This document shows positions 27,282-32,000 of a stretch of 32,000 bases of DNA, one piece after another. The number at the start of each line of letters is the position of its first letter. The stretch's first letter is position 1. Below the pieces are notes generated by a model that was not told where the DNA came from, did not search any database, and was given only the letters and a program-made list of their open reading frames with translations. This DNA is from Candidatus Jordarchaeales archaeon (lineage in GTDB: Archaea; Asgardarchaeota; Jordiarchaeia; Jordiarchaeales; Freyrarchaeaceae), in contig JAWAHN010000001.1 of NCBI GenBank assembly GCA_038889235.1, forward strand, positions 210,001-242,000. Reading direction: 5' to 3'. The position numbers and the translations under genes were made by a program.

Positions 27282-28410
27282 GCCCGCCGAGTAGGGAGCG
27301 GAGTTTTGTTACTATTGCACTTGCCTGTCTTGCTGCCTCCCGTGAATATGTTTTTCGCGAGGATCTCTGCTGGTTTAAATATACTGATGTTTCCATCCCA
27401 CGATTCGAGCAGTTCCCCGTAAAGTTCGTTGAACTTTTTCAGGAACTCGTCGATCTTCCGTTGTATGATGGCTAAATTTTCTTTCACTACTAAGACCAGA
27501 AGGGCGCTTTTTGAGTATCCGAAAAGGAATTTCAGTTTCCCTTGGTCAACCATTCTCACTTTTCCGTTTATACCTGTCCCCTCCAACCCCAGTGATAGAG
27601 CGGATATTACCGCCGCCTTTAGCGCTTGGTCGGGACCTACAATATTCAGTCCACTTTTGAAGTTAATATAGAGTAGTGGGATTCCTGCACGCGAAATGAG
27701 GTATAGCTCGTCGATTTTGTCTTGCCAGTCAAGCTCGCCGAATGACGGCATCTTTAACACCGCAAAGTTTACGGACAAAATTCCTACAATCATTAGGAGG
27801 GCGCCAAACACGTAAGATAGCCCTTTCGAGAACTGGACAGGGGCATCTGCTGTTAGAACGAAGCCGCTTAAAAACGAAACAAAGCCAAGCGCGAAGAAGC
27901 TGACCTGCTTTTTCAACGGCTCTTCGGCTTTCTCGTAAAGGCGGTAAAGCAACGACACGAAAAACATTGAGAACGCGGGAAAGAGGAACGTGTAGGAGAC
28001 GTACTTGAGAATTGAGTGGGGGAGAAGCAATGTGAGGATTATTCCCGCCACGCTAATCGAAGTAAACAAAAGTTTTGTCCCCAGGAGCTTTCTTTCAGCT
28101 ACAAAGGCGAGAAATGTAATGCCGAGAAGGGCGGAAATGTAGCCGATTTTGACCCAGAACTCCCGCTCCCAACTTAGAGCATAGAAGTCTGAAACGATGA
28201 ATGAAAAAACAGAACGACAAAGGAGACAACAAGAATCGACCAGACGAAGCGTATGTCGTCCAGTCTGCGGGGGCTCTTAAACCACTGATAGAGGAGCAGA
28301 GCGAGGAACTCAGCTAAGAGAAATATCGTTGCAACTACAAGCGAAAGAGAGACATCCCGTATGACCCCTGAATCTGGAAAAAACGCCACGGAACACTCGC
28401 CCCGCTCCAT
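27275..28410 (-). pseudogene. Frameshifted 7TM membrane protein with C-terminal longin-like domain (ORF-track pieces 28174..28410 and 27275..28069 are one gene)
   Basis: Adding one T to the T6 run (plus-strand A6 at 28204-28209) joins ...VVLFF to SFIVSDFYALSWEREFWVKIGY... and gives a continuous 378-aa protein with seven hydrophobic helices and a soluble C-terminal domain (ELYLISRAGIPL...FNELYGELLESWDGNISIF). It may be a sequencing error rather than a true pseudogene. Confidence 0.75.
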
Positions 28411-28504
28411 TTCTCAATGGTATCATAGAGAGGATATATTCTTAAAATGTTTCCGTCAGCAGTCTCGGTCTGGAAGACCATAAGCACCTCTAGGAAGCAC
28501 CATC

Positions 28505-28527
28505 TAACATTATAAGCTTATATGTTA
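28505..28527. promoter_or_regulatory. Near-perfect 23-bp palindrome TAACATTATAAGCTTATATGTTA
   Basis: Perfect core TATAAGCTTATA with TAACA/TGTTA flanks, ~95 nt upstream of the 7TM-longin start. Confidence 0.35.
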
Positions 28528-28907
28528 CTGAGTGTCTCGGCGCTGGTTGTCTCTGTAATCGCTGGAGGACAACCTCAAACACGTCTCTCAAAGAAATTTA
28601 TTAATCCCATTCTTTCAACCAGTGCTTGAATAACCTTCTTCCTGCCGCTCTGAAGTAAACGTTAAATGGCCCTCTCTTGATATGCCCATTCTGCGGTCTG
28701 CTTTCTTTCTGCAGTAGGTCAAGTTGGTTGACGAGACGCTTTTACTTCAGGTTAGTCATCGTAGAGGACAATTGGAATTAGAGGGAGAGCTGAAGGCTTG
28801 AAAAACTGGGATGAAGCGCGTGACGTGCGGCTTAATTTCTATTTCTCTTGGGATCAGTGGGCGCTCCTGCACTTCTTTCTGCACCTTACTGGACCGCGCG
28901 AAACTGT

Positions 28908-29762
28908 TCATGTCCCTTTAGGTTTTTCTCCTTCGACGGCTTTCACTACACGCTCAACTATTTCTTTGAAGGCTTTAGTGGCAGGCGAGTCGGGGTGGTT
29001 AAGCGTGAAAGGCGTGCCCTGGTCAGTGTCCTCGCTTATGGTTGGGTCTATCGGTATCTTCCCCAAGAAGGGGACTCCCATGTCCATGGATATCTTTTCT
29101 CCCCCTCCTGAGCCAAAGAGGTTGAAGCGTGCTCCGCAGTTGGGGCAGACGAACCCACTCATGTTCTCAATTATCCCTATGACTCTAACACCCACTTTGT
29201 TAGCCATAGCAACAGCTTTCTTTACAACGTACTGGGAGAGATCCGATGGAGCCGTCACTATAATGACGCCGTCTATTCCGGGTATGAGCTGCATCACGCT
29301 TAGCGGCTCATCCCCAGTTCCTGGAGGCAGATCGACGAGCAAGTAGTCGAGCTCGCCCCACTCTACGTCTGAAAGGAACTGCCTTATCGCAGACATTTTC
29401 AGCGGCCCCCTCCAGATCACAGGTGAGTCGCTGGATGGGAGGAAAAAGTCTATTGAGATCACTTTTATGCCGCGTTCAGCTATGACCGGTTGTATCCTTG
29501 TCGGACCAACTTGTGGCTGTATGCCTTGGACCCCGAGTATTTTAGGTATGGACGGACCGTGGAAGTCCGCGTCCATTAGGCCAACCTTTCGACCCATTTC
29601 CGCTAGAACAACGGCGAGGTTTGCTGTAACGGTGCTTTTGCCTACACCTCCCTTACCGCTCATAACAACAACTTTGTGCTTCACGTGAGACATCCGCTTT
29701 TTTATTTCGTCTAATTGGAGGCGTTGCACTTGGCGCTTCCCTTTCTCAGCCATTTTTCTCAC
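28908..29762 (-). CDS. mrp: Mrp/NBP35 (ApbC) Fe-S cluster carrier ATPase
   Basis: SGKGGVGKS, DADFHGPSIP, VIWRGP, DLPPGTGDE, ENMSGFVCPNCG, LFGSGGG. Likely start ATG 29753. Confidence 0.93.
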   Translation of the reverse strand: MRKMAEKGKRQVQRLQLDEIKKRMSHVKHKVVVMSGKGGVGKSTVTANLAVVLAEMGRKVGLMDADFHGPSIPKILGVQGIQPQVGPTRIQPVIAERGIKVISIDFFLPSSDSPVIWRGPLKMSAIRQFLSDVEWGELDYLLVDLPPGTGDEPLSVMQLIPGIDGVIIVTAPSDLSQYVVKKAVAMANKVGVRVIGIIENMSGFVCPNCGARFNLFGSGGGEKISMDMGVPFLGKIPIDPTISEDTDQGTPFTLNHPDSPATKAFKEIVERVVKAVEGEKPKGT

Positions 29763-30150
29763 CTTTCACGCTTATGATTATGGTGACGCCCCCACATATG
29801 TAAGCACTGGAAAGGTACTCTTTAAAGTGCGCGTTAACAACGTCCTTCCAAGGCTAAGGCGTCACAAGACACCACCTTGACACACATTGACCCAAATATG
29901 CTTATAGCTCTTGGCCTTACACCCTTAACCATCAACACGTTAGGGGAGAGGCGGCTGCGAGCTCAGCAGACTTCCAAAGTGCCCGCTGATGCTTTCTCTT
30001 CTTTTATGGAGAGGGGCATTTCCGTTGTCAGAAACATCGGCAACCGCGAATGATGGGGGCTCCCAAAATGGTTGCGGATAACGGATTCCACGCCTCTCTG
30101 CAGCATTTTTAAAATAGATTAAATAGTCATAAATAATTTGTAATATCTTC

Positions 30151-30760
30151 TTGATGGAGAAGCTTTACACTCTCAAAGAGGCTAAGAGACTTCTGGGCGT
30201 TACAACTAGGACTATTCAAAGGTGGGATAAGGAGGGCAAGATTAGGTGTGTTAGGACTGTTGGAGGACGTAGGAGGATTCCTGAAAGTGAAATAAAACGA
30301 ATTCTTGGTTTAAGAGAGAAAAGAATCATTGTAGGGTATGTAAGGGTTTCATCCTCAACCCAAAAAGATGATTTAGAGAGGCAAAGGCAGTTGATACTAA
30401 CTTATGCCAAGGAAAAGGGTTACGGTGAAGTTCAGGTTCTTTCAGATGTGGGCTCTGGGCTTAATGAGAATAGGAAGAATTTTCTAAGACTTTTAGACAT
30501 GGTCTTTGAGAGAAGGATCTCAAAGGTTATAGTTGCTTATGAGGATAGGCTTACAAGATTTGGGATTGAAACTCTGAGGAGAGTGTTCTCAGTTTTGGGA
30601 CGGAGATAGAGGTAATAAACCATGGAGAGAAGACACCCAAGAAGAGCTTATTGAAGACTTAATCACTATAGTTTCTCACTTTGCTGGAAAGCTCTACGGT
30701 ATGAGAAGCCACAAGTACAAGGAGGTTATTGAAGGTGTCAAGCAGCTTATATCAGGTTAG
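30151..30760 (+). pseudogene. tnpA: IS607 TnpA serine recombinase with two single-base frameshifts
   Basis: [35 protein letters not shown] catalytic Ser, [17 protein letters not shown]. Restoring one base at T-run 30593-30596 and one at C-run 30636-30638 yields ...[55 protein letters not shown] (203 aa). Confidence 0.85.
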
Positions 30761-31982
30761 AGCGTATAACATTAAGCATGGCTATGAAGTTTCAGAGTTT
30801 CTGGAAGCGTATAGGCTAATGCTTCAGAGGGCGATAGACGAAATATGGGCTAGGATTAGGTGGGTTGAGAAATTCAATAGATTTGGGAGGCGTAGGATCA
30901 TCCCAATCATACCTAAAGATGGAGCGTTCAAGAACCATTACTTAAGGGATTTGTTGATGAAGGATTGGGCCTACTCAAAGCACTACGTCGATTCAGCTAT
31001 TAAGCAGGCATACAGCATCCTGAAGTCTTGGAGGAGAAATTATGTTAAAGGCGAGAAGAGTAGGCAGAAGCCAACCGTCAAGAAAAGGTTTGTTAGAATC
31101 AAGGAGACGTTGTATAGCTTTAGGGATGGAAAGATAAGAGTGAGTCTTAAACCTTATAGGGAGTACCTAGAGTTCGACATCTCAAAAGCGTGGTTTTTAA
31201 AGAAGGTAAGGGGAGAGTTAGGCGAGCTCATACTTGGAGAGAAGTATCTAACGGTCATGTTTAGGTTCAAAGAAAAGAAGGGAGACGCGAAAGGCAGGAT
31301 CGCATGGGACTGCAATGAGAGAAGCTTGGATGGATTTAATCCGAAGCTAGGCTGGGTTAGGGTTGATTTAACGGAGCTCTTCCACATTCACAGGGTCTAT
31401 GAATTGAAGAGGAGGCGGCTGCAGGAGAAAGCGTCTAAGAAGCCCTCGCTCAGAAGGGTTCTAGACAAATATTCGAGGAGGGAGAGAAACAGGGCTAGAG
31501 ACTTCATCCATAAGCTGACAACTTTCCTCTCCAGAGAATACGAAGGATACATACATGGCTTCGAAGACTTGGAGAAGAAGCGGATGTTTAACAGCTCAAA
31601 GAGACATAACAGGGAGGTTGCGAAGAGCAACTGGAAGACCATACAGTCCTTTATGGCATATAAGTCGAAGACAATGCCCATCAACCCGAAGAATACAAGC
31701 AAAAGATGCTCCAGATGTGGGATGATTAATGCCCCGAAAGGAGCGAGATACGAATGCAAGGGATGCGGGTTGAGGATCGATAGACAGCTAAACGCTGCCA
31801 TAAACCTATACCTTCAGATGAAGGGGCTTTCTCCAAGCAAAAGGCTCTTTAATGAGCTGATGAGGGCTTGGAGCGGGTTCACCCTGACAGGGGGAGAGGC
31901 CAATGAGGGCTCCTATGAACTCGTGAGGAGCCCTAGGCTAGTGAACCCCAAGAGCTACGCAAGTCTATCTAAGACTACGTAG
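30729..31982 (+). CDS. tnpB: TnpB RNA-guided endonuclease family protein with non-canonical RuvC-III (DRQLNA)
   Basis: RuvC-I IAWDCN, RuvC-II GFEDL, zinc finger TSKRCSRCG...CKGCG, then [14 protein letters not shown] 30735 fits the GGAGG RBS spacing better than TTG 30729. Confidence 0.9.
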   Translation: MKVSSSLYQVRAYNIKHGYEVSEFLEAYRLMLQRAIDEIWARIRWVEKFNRFGRRRIIPIIPKDGAFKNHYLRDLLMKDWAYSKHYVDSAIKQAYSILKSWRRNYVKGEKSRQKPTVKKRFVRIKETLYSFRDGKIRVSLKPYREYLEFDISKAWFLKKVRGELGELILGEKYLTVMFRFKEKKGDAKGRIAWDCNERSLDGFNPKLGWVRVDLTELFHIHRVYELKRRRLQEKASKKPSLRRVLDKYSRRERNRARDFIHKLTTFLSREYEGYIHGFEDLEKKRMFNSSKRHNREVAKSNWKTIQSFMAYKSKTMPINPKNTSKRCSRCGMINAPKGARYECKGCGLRIDRQLNAAINLYLQMKGLSPSKRLFNELMRAWSGFTLTGGEANEGSYELVRSPRLVNPKSYASLSKTT

Positions 31983-32000
31983 CTCAGAACCCTAAAACTC
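31820..32000 (+). ncRNA. Putative TnpB omegaRNA (right-end RNA) scaffold overlapping the tnpB 3' end
   Basis: Stems: GGGTTCAC 31875-31882 / GTGAACCC 31941-31948; AGGGCTCCT 31906-31914 / AGGAGCCCT 31926-31934; GAGCTACG 31952-31959 / CGTAGCTC 31978-31985. The position matches known omegaRNAs. Boundaries are approximate. Confidence 0.6.

Larger units (their letters stand above)
30105..32000 (+). mobile_element. IS607-family insertion sequence (tnpA serine recombinase + tnpB); ends not precisely defined
   Basis: MerR-HTH serine recombinase gene overlapping a tnpB gene. Abrupt AT-rich stretch from ~30105. Structured 3' end near the window edge. Confidence 0.88.

Noticed and set aside
28580-28760. 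Protein-like minus-strand fragments (e.g. SGRKKVIQALVERMGLINFFERRV)
   Set aside because: They are interrupted by stops, have no start or RBS, and match no family I can identify; at most a decayed remnant.
29770-30105. Possible ncRNA or IS-interrupted gene upstream of the IS607 element
   Set aside because: Only weak pairing, no tRNA cloverleaf or C/D box pair, and short ORFs without support.
30607-30609. Pyrrolysine or stop-codon read-through at the tnpA TAG
   Set aside because: The same frame hits TAA two codons later, and the conserved C-terminus lies in other frames, so frameshifts explain it. I saw no in-frame TGA/TAG recoding candidate elsewhere.
1-32000. CRISPR array, cas genes, tRNA or rRNA
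   Set aside because: No regularly spaced direct repeats or RNA-gene signatures were seen by eye. TnpB is not accompanied by an array, so it is not called Cas12.

Overview
Archaeal chromosomal DNA. It is gene-dense, with GGTGG/GAGGTG/GGAGG ribosome-binding sites, many TTG/GTG starts and overlapping stop-start junctions. An Asgard-type host is inferred, not proven, from a 7TM-longin fusion and a STAND ATPase with SNAP/TPR-like repeats. In order, the window holds: a partial coiled-coil gene coupled to a STAND ATPase; an Fe-ADH + tungsten AOR operon divergent from an ArsB/NhaD-family permease and a ThDP enzyme; a complete nurA-herA-mre11-rad50 operon; a HEAT-repeat protein; a DHDPS-family lyase; a CCG-domain Fe-S protein; a radical SAM-HhH protein; a minus-strand run of trehalose-phosphatase, creatininase, GNAT, an ORFan and an MBL hydrolase; a flavin reductase, an N-terminally extended CobO, Isf and AfpA; a frameshifted 7TM-longin gene; Mrp/NBP35; and an IS607-family element. 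In that element tnpA carries two frameshifts, while tnpB is intact, has Asp-to-Gln at the RuvC-III position and overlaps a structured omegaRNA-like 3' end. I saw no tRNA, rRNA or CRISPR array. All family calls come from motif recognition by eye; no searches were run.
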